This document shows positions 1 to 13,958 of a stretch of 64,000 nt of DNA, piece by piece (position 1 is the stretch's first letter; the number at the start of each line of letters is the position of its first letter). The notes beneath the pieces were generated by a model that saw only the letters and a program-made list of their open reading frames with translations, was not told the DNA's origin and did no database searches. A program made the position numbers and the translations under genes. The stretch spans positions 15,500,001-15,564,000 of the forward strand of contig JBHGNT010000018.1 in the NCBI GenBank assembly GCA_043228905.1. Direction: 5' to 3'. The stretch comes from Azolla caroliniana (Eukaryota; Plantae; Polypodiophyta).

Positions 1-1399
1 TTGAATTATAGTCATGTTAATATATAGCCTAGTCGATGATACAACCGAAGTAGGAAGGACTTGGCTGATGGAATGAAGATTAGTAGCTCTTCATTGATGT
101 GGAGGTTGAGAAGATTTGTGGACTAGAACAAGCCTAGGATGAGTTGCTAAACAAATCTAAGAAGAGTTAGGTGATGAAGTTGGAATTGTTACTACTAACT
201 CAATTAGCATGAAGAAGATTTGGTTGAGTTGGAGCATCATGGATTAGAAAACAAACCACCAAGAATTGGAACACAAACCTAAGAAGTGTTCTGTGATCAA
301 GTCAAAAGAGCCACTAGTCACTCAATGATGGAGATTTCAGTACCTAAAATGATTTTCATCGAATATGCCACAGAGAAATTATAGCATCTGGGAGAAGTCA
401 TTGCAAGGAGTTGCCGATATCTACTATCAAAAAAAGTGAAGAATTAGATTGGATTTACACAAACCAAGTATTGAGGAGTATTCGTGAAGTGGTTGAGGAA
501 TCATAAAATGAAGAGTTCAAATGGCAAACAAATAGCAAAAGGTTTGTTGTCTATGTGATATGACAATATTTATTCGTAAATATGTTGGGCTTATTTCAAG
601 GTTGTTTCCATACCCTAAGAACAAAATGCATCAATTGTCTACCATGATTGGTCAAATAGTAACACCAAATAGAGTTATGTTACTTTAGGTTATGTAGCCG
701 TATGATATGAAAATATATTTCTATTAGGTTTTTTGTTGGAGTTTGGTGATAAAAGTGTGTTTGTTTTAATGTGGGTCATATTGCAAACAAAGGTAAAACA
801 ATAAGGAAATTACGTTAATGTCCCCCGTTTCTTTTAACATTAACGCGAAAAAATCCCCTAAAGATAAAAGTATTTGGGCAAAATATGTCATGAATTGTAA
901 GCCGAAAAGTCTCAGCCAACCAAGGTCACTAAATCATTTCTCTCTTATAATAGGATACATCTAACAAACATTTGAGAGATAATGTTCGGTCTCTTCTCCA
1001 CATAAATGGGGCTCATTTATGTATGACTATGATGCTTACTCATCATGAAGCAAAATGTGGATATTTATTTTCATTAATGGCATATTCCCCTTATCTCATC
1101 GACATTCTAGCCCAAATTTTACGAACAATCTTGTGGAGGACAAAACGTTGTTGAATGAATATTCCAATAGTTCAATGTGAAATTGACGTACACACCTAGC
1201 AAAAGTGTGAGCCCACAATGTTTAGAAGATATAATGTTGAAAAACATGATATTTGGGAGTACACACAATGAAAAGAGTTATATATAAGTCTTTAAGTATG
1301 CTAAGAGACAAAGAACATTACCAAAGAGGCATTGCTGACATTTAAAAGGCAACAAGAAAATAACATTGTGATGGATTGCATGAGTTGATCATTACTATA

Positions 1400-1870
1400 A
1401 GGTTGTTTTTCTTACTGTTTGTTACTAGTTTTTTATAAACATTGGCAAGGGCATATTCTACCAAAGAATTTAATCTTATGAAGAAAGTGGAAATATTGAG
1501 TAAGGCGTTCTCTCAACCCCCCTTAAAAGAGAGAAAAGGAGGATAAGTTGACCATGTAATTGCCGACATTTACAATGCAACAAAAAAATAGCACTCTGGT
1601 GGATTCAAAGAGTCAATCAATATTATGAGCTTGTTTTTCTTACTGTTTGTGTCCTAGATTTCTATAAACAATTAATCGGGAATATTTACTATAGCCTATT
1701 ATACAAAGGAATTTAATCTTACAAAGAAACTTGAAATATCGAATAAGGCTCTTTGTCAACCCCCCTTGAAAGAGAGAAAAGGGGGATAAGTTGACTATGT
1801 AATTGCTCATATAACACATATAGTTGAGAAAAAGGGATAACATTGATGATAAATGGCTCAAATGGAATAT
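1400..1870. repeat. Old diverged tandem duplication, about 230-240 bp unit, unknown origin
   Basis: Blocks TTACTGTTTG, GAATTTAATCTTA and TCAACCCCC(C)TT.AAAGAGAGAAAAGG.GGATAAGTTGAC.ATGTAATTGC recur at ~1412-1563 and ~1640-1806; boundaries approximate. Confidence 0.6.
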
Positions 1871-3501
1871 ACAAGTATTGTTGGCCAAGGGGATTTGTTG
1901 AAATAAGGAGAAACTCTGAGCGTATTTCGGATTCATTTTCCCCTTCAATTTACCAGTTTCCTTTTACCCTTTGTACATCCATGCTCTCACATTTGGCCTT
2001 TTCTATGTCCACAATTTACCACCTTGAGGGGTTTGATGGCCGTCTGTATAAACTAAACAGTTCTTTGGAGCTCAAATAAAATAGAAGACAAGAACTATAA
2101 CATTATATATGTTATATTCTTTAATACCTAGAATCAAGTTCCCTTTTCATCCTAGAGCGTTATGATATGATTTTTCAACTGATTAATAGATCTAACAATC
2201 ATGGTCTAATGTCTATCATACTTATTATATACACAATGTTTATTGCATAGGTGCATTATGGATGGGTAACATTTTGGATAAAAGGTAAGGTCGGGAATAT
2301 TCCCATAATAATAATTGACCATAATAACCAAATATCCTCGAATGGGCACAAATCGTTTTCTAACTAGATAAAGAGTACGATGGAACCTTAATATTGAAAA
2401 GCAATCAATTATGAAAAGGTGTTTAATCGAGTACATGCTATCAATCGACTTGTTAGTACGTGAATCATGATGGAGTATACAATCATGTTATTAATTTAGG
2501 ATGTTCTCATTTATGAGACCAAGGGTGTGCACGTGCATGCATATGCGTGTCACGGATAGAAAATGAGCATTATGAGAATGGTTTCCAAAAACTATTTCGC
2601 TAAAGGCCTCAGTGGAATGGGTGACACTAAGAGACATAAAAATGAAGACAAAAGATATGGAATAATAATGGGAACGGTGAGATATAACAAGACTAACCCG
2701 GTTAGATGTTTTATGCAATTAGCATTCATGGTCATTAGATGTTTGGGATTATAATTAGGACCAGGTTTATATGAATCGACTGTTCATTTGCACATGTTTG
2801 ATAAAAACCAAGGGTTTGATACCCTTAACATAATAGAAACCCACTTTAAGAGAAAAGGAAACTAATCATGGATTTATTATGCTCCTTGTTTTTTCTACTT
2901 TATTTTATTGATTGATCCTTGATGTTATACTTTCTTTTCCTAGCATTTGGTCACATAACAACAATGCTATTGTTTTCATTATTTGTGTCAATGTCGAGAA
3001 AATGGCAACGTGAGTCAATCTTGACAAGCCATTTCATCATCGCAAACATTTTTATATGTGATGGGTAGAAGGTTATTGATTCATCAATTCAACATTGTGC
3101 ACAAACTCGCATAGCAATATGAAATCAAAACCTTTCAACCCAATTTTTTTGAGTAAACATTTGGTGTGTGATCAATGGTTTATCAGTGTGCATGATATCA
3201 AACTAAAGAATTATAATGAAAACCTTTCATTTCGGTTGCATAGGAAATTGGCAATGTCAATGTTGATAGTCATATTTTTAGTTTGACAGTTGTATTAATG
3301 TTGTGTGTGATTTCAAACTAAAGTTTTGGAGAAAGTTTGGGGTTAACACAACATAAGATCAACACTTCATGGCTTGTACAACTTTCCCACTACAGCATCA
3401 TATTTACTCGTCTAAATTTTAATATTTCGATATCCTAATAGGTTTGACCAATCATTACTTAGGCAACTTTTTATATTGCAGGTTCTAGCATGTAATATCT
3501 T

Positions 3502-6500
3502 GGAAGCATGGCGCGATAGATTCGAGTAAGGAATTATTCCGCTCCAAAGGCTCGAGGCATGCTAGAACAGTGATGCGCAGCCTCAACCGAGAGGATGGAA
3601 TGACCACTGAGGATGGCGATGAAATGAGGAATATTGCCACAAGTTACTATAACCGCCTACTTACCGAAGATATTATGGCTACAAGGGAAGACATAAGAGA
3701 AGATATTATCCTCCAAAGCATACCCGAGAAAGTCACGCCGGAAATGAATACATGGCTCGTGCGTCCCCTATCAATCATCGAGATATGGGAGGCCCTCTCT
3801 GATTTGGATGCCGATAGTTGCCCCAGAATCGACGGCCTCACCCCACACTTTTTCACATGCCTTTGGGACACTATTAAAGAAGACCTCCTCCAGGCATATG
3901 AGGAGATCATCACCTCTAGAAGCATGCCAGAGGAATTTGGACAGGAGATGATACATCTCATTCCTAAAAGTGGTGGGAGTGCCAACGGCATTAGCAAGTG
4001 GCGGCCCATAACTCTTCTCAATACAGTCTATAAGTTGCTCGCAAAAATCGTGGTACGCCGGTTAACATCACTTCTCCCTCAACTCATTCATCCGTCCCAG
4101 ATAGGGTTCGTTAGAAATCGGAGCATCCTAGACAACCTCTTCTCATTCTGGGAAGCAGTAGCCCTTGCCAAGCGTACCAACAACAAGGTAGCGGTGGTGC
4201 TACTCGATTTTGAGAAAGCATATGACAGGGTATGCTGGAACTTTCTAGAAAGTGTGATGGGGAAACTCGGCTTTCAAGAGACATGGATCAAAGGCATTGC
4301 AAGACTTTATAGGAGTGGCAACAATTGCGTTTCACTAGCGGGTGAAAGGGGCCCCTTTTTTCGAATATCCTGATTAGTACGACAGGGATGCCCACTAGCT
4401 CCATGCTTATTTCTATTATACGCCGAAGCACTCTCTTGCTTTCTCAACTCGCGGCATCTCAACCTACGTGGTCTTCCCGTACCTCATTCTCACCAAAGCA
4501 TCTTGGATATAGAATTTGCAAATGACACAACGATTTACCTACAAGGGGACTTGGAAAACCTCCAAAAGCTAGAAAGTGGGCTAGCCGTATTTTGCAAGAG
4601 ATCCAATGCCATGATCAATTGGCACAAATCCTACACAATATGGCTTTCTCATGAAACACATCTGGCGTGGAACCCACATCCCGCTTTCAAATAGATCAAT
4701 CAAGGAGCGAGCATCAAATATTTGGGTTTCCAAATCGTTTTCAACATACCGCTGGAGATTATGATTGCACCCGTTATCCATTCCATTCGACAAAAGTTGA
4801 TACATTGGAGCTCAAAAAATTGTCGCTAGCGAGTCGCATCACAATGGCAAACTAGGTACTACTCGCAACAGCATGGTACAATCTATCATGTTGGACAATC
4901 TCCAAGGAAAGTATACATCAGATTCAACGACTGGTCCGCAACTACATTTGGTCTGGTAAGGAAGACCATGTAGGTCGCGCAAAGGTGGCATGGCCTATAC
5001 TCACAGCGCCCAGGTCGAGAGGGGGATTGGGTCTTATCGATCCCCTTTCACAATCAAAAGCCTTACTTGCCAAATTTGTGGTGTGAGGACTCCAACCAGG
5101 AAATGACTGTTGGAAATGCTATTGTGGTTACGTTTCCCTTACTTTAGACCACGAAAAGGGGTCAATTGGGCCCCCCAAACGGGGTGGATTCTAAACACGG
5201 ATCTCAAACCTAGTTTCTCCTGCCAATTGGAGGATAGATTCAGTGCATCCGTGTGGAAGGCATGGTGTGACATTAGACGAGACGTCAAGTGTGATCAACC
5301 AAGATCCGAACCTGCTTGGTTCAATTAACATATCCTATGGAACCCATGTATCAAGGATGAATCTAATCAACTATTGGGATCACGTAAGGGGTTGTCATGG
5401 GGATACATTGCAGAAGGTCCAGGAAAAAGTATAGAATGTTGGCGACGGTTTATGTCATTGACATTACAAGATCAAGCCAACATACTCCATGGAATCAGGG
5501 GTGGATGGTCTATGAGATCGGAAATCGTTAACACTTTATTGATTAGGGAAACTCCTACTCAAAGGACGACAATGGAGAAATGGATAGGCCACAAGGAGGA
5601 GGGATCTCTGATCTCGAGAGGTAGGGGACCACCAAACAAGCTCGAAGACTCTGAATTGCGAGACACTAAGACACCAACACAGAATAACGCAATTCGAGTA
5701 CTCACGTATATTGGTCATAAATGGATTGTAGATCCTGATCCGATCAAAGTACAACCCGATTGCCACATATGTACTCATGAAAACACATGGCTACGTAAGG
5801 TCAGTTGGGACCCTTTGCAATGGACATGGCGTGATCCTTATGCGGGGCAAGGAAGCAAACCCATCCCTTTCTTCCAGTTCACAACTAGATTGGGTTGCCA
5901 CATTCTAGTTGCTCAAACTACCCAAGAGCCAGCTGATGTGAAGGTCTGGCACACATTTCAAGTTCTTCCCACAAGAATCACCAAGTTTTGGTAGAAAATC
6001 TGGAAACAACAACACGCGAGGCGAATTACCACGTTCCAATGGCTATTAATACATAAGTCCCTACCAGTGGGTGCATGGCAACGTGGGAACCTTAGCTCTC
6101 CTAATTGTGTAGAGTGCCCACATGCAGTAGAATCAATACGACACGCTTTGTGGAACTGCCCAACGTCCCATCAAATATGGCGGGGGGTTGGCCGCTTGTT
6201 GCAATTATGCCAGGTGCAAGGCTCAATCAAGTGGGGAAATATATGTTGGCTATCATGGCAGACTGCAGTTGGCAGATACGAGCATCAGGAGGAGGGGATG
6301 ACTTTGGTGATAAAAGCATAAGAGGTTTTTTTCTCCTCCAACGGCAATGTCCACTCAACTCCTCTTAATGACAAATCTCAAGTTGTGTTGGAATAGGTTA
6401 ACCCAATAACTCTTTGGATTCTTTGGAAACAACGGTGTAGACAAGTCTTCTCCAACCAAACTGCGCATCCAACAAGGTTACTGCAAGAGATATGGAGTGA

Positions 6501-6738
6501 AATTGTAGCCACTCTAAAGAGCCAATATTATGGCCTCAAGGGTGGCTCCAATGGAGTTGAAAGACAACGAATAACCTTCATCTAACAATGGTCATCTTCT
6601 CCCTTTCTTGAGTCAGTGGGCATCCACATAAGATGGAACTATCACGTCCCTACAGGGATTTGTACATAATCGTCTCATTTGTAAAATTTTATAACTAATG
6701 GGAGTATTTTTTTGGGAAAAAAATTTGAAAAAAGAAGA
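3502..6738 (+). mobile_element. 5'-truncated degenerate L1-type LINE (RT plus C-terminal zf-RVT region)
   Basis: ORF fragments WRPITLLNTVYKLLAK, LLDFEKAYDRV, EFANDT and CVECPHAVESIRHALWNC; A-rich tail near 6715-6738; 15-bp TSD AGCATGTAATATCTT at 3487-3501 and 6739-6753. Confidence 0.93.
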
Positions 6739-8398
6739 AGCATGTAATATCTTCTTTGATTTCATAAAACCATGAGATATTGCGACTAAGAACAATATAC
6801 CTACCATCAATGATTTGGTCTAGAAAGTAGGCACATCTAAGTGAGGCACTCCCCTAGAGATGGTGTCTAAAGTAGATTGCCAAGCATAATGTGTGACCTC
6901 AATGAATATACATAATAGAGAGATAGACAACCACAATGATTGGCGATGACACTCCATTGTTTCGCAAGTCAATTAGCAATAAATGAACAATTGTTGATAT
7001 TCCTAGGGAATTAATGAGGTTGCATAATTTAATTATAGAGGAAGCCTTCAACATTTGGAAAGTGTTAAGGATTATGTTTGAAGTTCTACATTTATAATAT
7101 CTAAGGTCTTTTGATGTTATCATCACAATTGAAATGTTATGGTGGTAAAGTTGACGGTAAAGTTGACAGGAAGCATGTACAAAGATGCATCATGGTATTG
7201 ATAAAAGAACTTCTAATGTTTTCCAATCAACACGGTACATTGGATTTTTGTTTTTGTGCTTGCAATTAAATCATGAGTGTTGTGATTAAAACAATCATAA
7301 TGCACTTTCAAAGGTATGCCAAGGAGCTAAAAACATTATTGATCCAAAAACATCATAGTTTAAAGGAGAGGTTTACATTTGTCACAATTATAAATGGTGG
7401 GCATTTAAAGCCAATTCCTATAAATTAGTTTCTAGGTACGTGGAAAACGAAAATCATGCAAGAATCATAGAGTTTTTGTTTCTAAGAGACGAACCAAATT
7501 CACTTAGAAATAATAAACGATTGCATCAATGTGGGATATTAAAACAAAATCCCTTTGAGCAAGAACTCGATGTCTTGTATGTTATAATGCTCATCTAGGA
7601 GTTATTAGCCTCCTTTTTTTAAATGAGTAGTTAGTGATCAACTCAACTATGGGGGTTCAAGTTGTTCTACTAGTGAGGAAGGTGAAAGTTAAATGCATTA
7701 ATGAATTTTGATCATTTTTGTTTTTTAAAGTTTAAACTGAAAAGCTAGTACAAGCTTGGGTTGGGTGTCTTTGATTTTTGGTAGTCAATGGTCACATGGT
7801 GTTCCTAGAGCACTATTGGTGGTGTGTTAGCAAATAATGGTTATGATATTGACTTTCTGCTATTCATGCTTCAATCTTTTATTTCTTGTTTTAAGTTTTG
7901 TGCCTTGAATATTTTTTAGAGTTCTACATTGATAAATATCTTCTTTTTAAACAACAAAAGGCGGAATTGTCTAACAATTGGAAATACATGGATGGGTTGA
8001 CTACATACAAATAGTATCCATCAATTTTGCTATTCATACACGGTGGCGAACATTACTACACATATTCTTGCGTTAATGCATTTCATAATTTTAAAGATAT
8101 ACCAAAACTCGCTTAACAAATGTGTAACGTGCAATGTATAGATTAATAATGATGTAACAAGCATTTTTAAGAATATAAAGACAACTTGGAGATCGTGAAA
8201 TATTTCAATTATATCGAATATTGTTCGACAAAGTCACGACAAAAATTGCAAAAAAAATGTATAGGCCTTGATGACACTTGCTTGACTTAAAATTGAACCG
8301 TAAATTAACTTCCTCCATGTGTTATGAAAATTTTTGCCTTCAAATATATATATCTTGCTTCGAAACACGTGTGTCTATGTGTATGCATACATACATGC

Positions 8399-8401
<3 letters not shown>

Positions 8402-8431
<30 letters not shown>

Positions 8432-8457
8432 TGTATGTATGTATGTATGTATGTATG
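8402..8457. repeat. (TATG)n microsatellite
   Basis: Seen directly in the sequence. Confidence 0.95.
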
Positions 8458-10899
8458 CATACAATTTCCTTAGTTACTATTAGAAAGACAATGAAGTACG
8501 AGATGTGACAATGAAGTTGTGTGTGTTGGTTTGACTCACAAGTTTATTTTTTCCTTGAAGATTTTCTTAGTAGTATTTAAAAAACGGCCGAAGGCTACAA
8601 TGGTAAATGATACTTAAACACATTAGTTGTCGAATCATGCATGTTTGCACCCATATACTACATATACATCACCATTTAATTAAACTTGGTAATGAAATAT
8701 ACAATTTTGCATTTGCAAATTGCAAAGTTAAAGGAATCAACAATGCAAAAGAATGAAGAGAGAAAGTTGCCAACATATGGGCTATGTTGTACATTTGAAC
8801 TCATTAGTTCAGTCATATGTGCCTCCCTTTGAGAATGACCTTGTTGTACATGCCTTGCTTGGCACTATCCTTGTATTGTTGAACTCAACACTCAAGGGGC
8901 AATAATTCTATACATTTTTAGCCTCGATGAGGTCTCCAAGATATCAAGCTCATGTGATCAACCACTTTTACCTGAATGTCAAATAATGTTTATAGGAAAC
9001 AAAAAAAAAAACTGCAATACTTGTTCACCTTGAAACATAGACGTTTCAATCATTTTGAAAATTAACCTTTTGTAATGAACAACCTACATCTAGCAATATA
9101 GACCCAAAAAATATATATTTGGTTTGAGCTAACCAATGTTTTCCAAGTATTAAGTCATTTCATAGGCTTGGGTATGTTCATGTTTTGAACTATGAACTTG
9201 ACAGTGTATAGCACTAAAAATAAAACTTTCTAAAATCATACAACAAATGTAACGACATGCGAGGTGGGAGATGAAGCCGGTCAAAGATAACTTCGAAGCG
9301 ATGTAAATATATGCTCATACGCCCTCATTATTGGTCCCTTTTTTTAATCGCCAAGTATGGCCCCATCAAATAAGTGTTTGTCTTCTTGTGGGGCCAATCA
9401 TTTTCATATGATATAAATAAACAGATGTTAATAACCTCGAATTATGGACCAATAATTGTATACAAACTTTGTAGGGGAGATTTGTGTTCAACTTCCTATT
9501 TGGTGAGAACTCGAAACTCCGACGTAATGGGCATGCCAATAAAAAGGGAGCTCTATAAAGTTTCAATAACGACAAGAAAGTTAACCTTGAAAGTTTGTTT
9601 ATCTACGCACGTGCTAGAGAGAGACTTGAGAAATCATTTTAATACATCTCAATGTCACAGCCATGAGTATGAGATAATAGGGACCAAAAGTGCTCACATA
9701 GGAAGATATTTGTCGCCTAGTGGAACGAGTCGAGGCTCGAAGCGTATCGATATTATTATCATATAAATTCGGCGAAGATTGTTGCACTTTGAGATATATT
9801 TTATTCAAGGAAATACAACACGTGATGGTAGACTTCAATCTACGTTTGCTTATGCTACCATAGAGGTACTCATAGAATATAATGTATACACAACCCTTTC
9901 ATAAATTCTTATTAATCACTTCTGACTTGAGAAATGCTTATGTGTCGATTTTTGGCATGCCAACTATTTATTGGTCCGAACCCCAATATCTCAATTACGA
10001 CCTAATTTTCTAGCTTGAACTTTCGTCTTAATTTAATTTTTTAGAGAAGCGTTTATTGGGTTGAATTGTATGAGCAAATGCATGCTAGTCATTAGACTAG
10101 AAATCTTATATTATATGAACAAGAGATAACATGTATGTCCAACACGCCCGGGGCTCAACCTTTAATGGAGTGGTAGAGCATCTTAACCAAAAAATTTCTC
10201 TACCCTTAAGCATCTCAAAACTCGAGAAAATCTATCTTAGTTAGACTAAATGTACGCTTTGGATTACCAATGGAAATGTTGTAGCGAGCGGAGATTTAGC
10301 CTTCCACATGAATTCAGTATAATAGTTGGTTGTACAGGCACACAAAGGATCCAAATAGTTTAGACGTACATATAGGCCACTACATGTGTGTAGGGTGCCC
10401 CCCCATGCATGGATGTCGTTTATAGCATGCTCTATATTGGATGCCCAATACATGTCATCACTCATGTTCCCACTTGGGTACAAGTCTATGATGAAGGTGT
10501 CTCGGCAACATATGCGCATGGTAGCCTTTGTATCGGTTCGTTCCCCAGATAACTAGGTAACATTGCATCTACTAACATAACCAAGTATCGGCAAAAAGCG
10601 ATGGTTTAGGAATTTGCTGCCAAACACGGTTAAGTGTGGGGTTCTCCATTGACAATCAAGGAGCCGAAAATGTTTACTCCAGAGCTTGATCTAGGGTCCT
10701 AAAATCAAACGAGCTACATCCATGATTCCATCCATCTGGGCTCTCTCTGTCTGTCTCTGTCTCTGTCTGATTGTCTGACTCTGATATATGTACATATATA
10801 TAGAGGGTTACGGACGAGGCCGAGACTTGGGAAAGCGGTAAAGTTTTCGGATTGCCGGGAATGAGCAAATAATATGGCAATAATGATGGATGGTCATGA

Positions 10900-10921
10900 T
10901 ACCCATGATGATATCCATGAT

Positions 10922-10955
<34 letters not shown>

Positions 10956-11028
10956 ATGATGATGATGAGATGATGATGATGATGATGATGATGACTCATA
11001 ATATGAATGAATTATATGACCTTCTTCT

Positions 11029-11066
<38 letters not shown>

Positions 11067-11352
11067 TCCCCTGCACCTCTCCTCTCCTCTGTTTCTTCTT
11101 CTTCTTCTTCTTCTTCTTCTTCTGTTTCTTCTTCTGTTTCATCTGTCTTCTTTCCCTTTCTCCCTTCCTTTTCTGCCCCTTTTGCTCTCTGTTTCTCTCA
11201 CCCCATCCATCATTCATTACACCGGTTGCGGCCATTCACGCGCAGAAACGTACACACCATATCCTAGCCATCATGATGATCAGGTATACCCACCCAGATA
11301 AAGAGAGAGAGAGAGAGACAAAGCCATATATGTACATATATAGATAGAGAGG

Positions 11353-11393
<41 letters not shown>

Positions 11394-11395
11394 GT
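10900..11395. repeat. Compound microsatellite block: (CATGCC)n, (GAT)n, (CT)n, (TTC)n, (GA)n, (GATA)n
   Basis: Seen directly; explains the low-complexity ORFs at 10808-11451. Confidence 0.9.
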
Positions 11396-11475
11396 GTTCT
11401 GACTATGATTGAGAGAAAGAAGAGAGAATCAAAAAGGTTATATATTGTCAAGAGAGCTCTCAGAAAATCGATATG

Positions 11476-11766
11476 GAAACGGTCCTGTGATCTCTCAACG
11501 CCAGATCGGTCAGAAACGCTCGTGGGCGTTTAGATTTGTTCCTCCCGAAACGCTCGTTTTGAAGGGGGGGGGGGGGGGGTTATCATGAAATTTGTTTAGA
11601 AACGCTAGGGTCGTCAGGCCTCTGAAATAGGCCCAGAATTGTTAGTGGCGGGCACCCAAAACCAGGCTGAGGAAACGCCCGGCGTGAGCGATCAGAAGTC
11701 GGAGAGGAAACGCTTGAGGCCTGTCAGAAACTGGGAGAAACGGTACGAAAATATCTGAAGGAAACG
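11476..11766 (+). promoter_or_regulatory. Cluster of 8 same-strand GAAACG motifs in the probable promoter of the DUF1677 gene
   Basis: GAAACG at 11476, 11513, 11547, 11599, 11672, 11707, 11737 and 11761; the regulatory role is inferred from position only. Confidence 0.45.
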
Positions 11767-12439
11767 ATGATGATGATGATTGCATTAGAGAGAAGAATTT
11801 TAGAGGGGTAGGAGATGAGAAACAAGATTGAAATTTGTTTACTGAGGGAAATAATTACTGTTGTGCATTCTCTCGCAGATGAAATTTTGTTAAATTTTTA
11901 TTTACCTATCATTGAATCTTGGAGATTTTTCTGTGAGTTTCTGGTTCAATTTTCTCTGTTAGGTCTGTTGTTCAAGTCCGTTTGTGTGTTATTGTGTACA
12001 TGTATGTGTATGTGGCTGCCTATGAGGGGTTTGGTAACCTAGCTTTAAATGGCCTGCAATTAATTCTAATCACTGCTAATACCTTTTGTTCAGGAATTGC
12101 AAAGGTGCAATTAAATTCAGAAAGAAGACTGAGATTGCAAAATAATCTATCCATTTATCGATACATGTAATCACCCCAAACCATTGCTTTAATGGTAGAT
12201 AGGCCTGTCAGTGCTGCTAATTAATATAATGTGATGATCTTTAGCCAGTCAGGTTATGAAATGGTTTCTAATGCACAAATACATGTCATTTTTTGCAGGA
12301 TATTTGGTGATCGTTGTTAAATACAGTCAATTGACATCCGTTTTGTGTTAAAATCAATTTTTTTCTCATTTAAACCATTCTGCCATTCTCCTAATTGGTG
12401 GGGATTCTTTCTAAAACGTTCCACAGTGTGCATTGGGCT

Positions 12440-13132
12440 ATGGCAAGCATGTATGCTACTTCTAGTGCTTTGGACAGTAGCAATAGAATGAACTCCAGTG
12501 GTTCACATTTAGAGATGCCCCACTACATTAATATACCCGCCGAGGTTTTCCACGACTTGTCATCAAATGATTTAAGTAATATAACAAGTCATGATCATAG
12601 AACAGTATCAAACCATAATGAGATGGTTATACCATCACCACCATCAGAACAGATTTTCCAAGACGCATTGGATGAAGATCAAGGAATCGCCATAACTTCA
12701 AGTGGTTCGATGATGATGATGGAGGTGAAAGTAGAGGAGGTGCAATGTGAGTATTGTAAAATAGAAGAGGAATGCACAGAGACATACATAGCTCACATAA
12801 GGGCAACATATTGTGGGAAATGGATATGTGGGTTATGCGCCGAGGCTGTGAAAGAAGAGCATCGGAAAAAAGCAAGAGAAAAGCCAGGTGAAGCTAATAT
12901 GAAAGAGATATTGGAGTACCAGATGGAGGTGTTCAAGGAGTTAAATCGGAAACCCGATCAAGTTAGTTATTTGGGTAGCCCTGTTGCACACATAACTGCA
13001 AGTTTTATATCGGCATTGAAAAGAAATGAGACTCCTCGTTCAGCCCCAGGTAGCCCTATCCGACACATACCGATCAATCGTACAAGGAGTTGTATCAGCT
13101 CTTTTCCTAGTTCGGATTTAACCCCTCCCTGA
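12440..13132 (+). CDS. DUF1677 family plant protein (C4 zinc-finger-like), 230 aa, single coding exon
   Basis: Motif CEYCKIEEECTETYIAHIRATYCGKWICGLCAEAVKEE matches the DUF1677 pattern, with a C-terminal RTRSC. First ATG at 12440; probable 5'UTR intron acceptor TTTTTGCAG ending at 12298. Confidence 0.88.
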   Translation: MASMYATSSALDSSNRMNSSGSHLEMPHYINIPAEVFHDLSSNDLSNITSHDHRTVSNHNEMVIPSPPSEQIFQDALDEDQGIAITSSGSMMMMEVKVEEVQCEYCKIEEECTETYIAHIRATYCGKWICGLCAEAVKEEHRKKAREKPGEANMKEILEYQMEVFKELNRKPDQVSYLGSPVAHITASFISALKRNETPRSAPGSPIRHIPINRTRSCISSFPSSDLTPP

Positions 13133-13467
13133 AGAGGAGTGGATGTATTTTATTTGCTTATTATACTCCTGATTGATTTTTGTTCATATATTGTAGATTA
13201 GCCTCATCCCTCAATAACCAACACTCTTATTTCTCCCATTTTTGTTCATATATTGTAGATTGACTTCATCCCTCAATAACCAAACCTCTTATTTCTCCCC
13301 TTCTTCAAAAATGAAGTTTTCAACTATGGGATAAGAGGATATAGACTCTGTTTTACATGTATATAACCCCCCAATCTATTAAATCTACGCTCCATTCCAT
13401 GTATACATATATGGTAACATCAATACTGGATAATGGAATTCTCTCTTCAAAATGTGTATCTACATAT

Positions 13468-13860
13468 AATGGGTAACCCTGTTGCTCACATAACCACAAG
13501 TTCTATATCGGCATTAAAAGAAATAAGACTCACAAGTAACCCTAACCGACACATACCGATCAATCGTACAAAGAGTTTTATAATCTCTTTTTCTAGATTG
13601 GATTTTACCCCTCCCTGAAGAGGGGTGGATGCATTTTATTTGCTTATTATACTCCTGATTGTTTTTTGTTCATATATTGTATAGATTGGCCTCATCCCTC
13701 AATAATCAAAAGTCTTATTTCTCACCATTCTTCAAAAATGAAGTTTTCGATTATGGATAAGATGACTCTGTTTTACACATATATAAACCCTGAATCTACT
13801 AGATCTATGCACCATTCTGTGTATACATATATGGTAACTTCAAAATAATGGATAATCAAA
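13468..13860 (+). pseudogene. Tandem partial duplicate of the DUF1677 gene 3' CDS and 3'UTR
   Basis: Aligns to ~12970-13430 (PVAHIT..SALK..RHIPINRT.S...D.TPP* plus UTR) with indels and substitutions. Confidence 0.85.
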
Positions 13861-13958
13861 TTCTTCTCTTGGGATAAAATATTGGTGGGACTGAACCTTC
13901 AAAAAACAATTTAGCTCACAGCTTGAATCATATTCTAAACGGATTGATAAGAGGGAAC

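Noticed and set aside
1-1350. Possible decayed TE coding sequence
   Set aside because: No recognisable domain in any frame.
6760-10600. AT-rich region with short ORFs
   Set aside because: No motif, splice pattern or terminal repeat that I could support.
10808-11451. His-rich, Lys-rich and Ser-rich ORFs
   Set aside because: They are translations of microsatellites.
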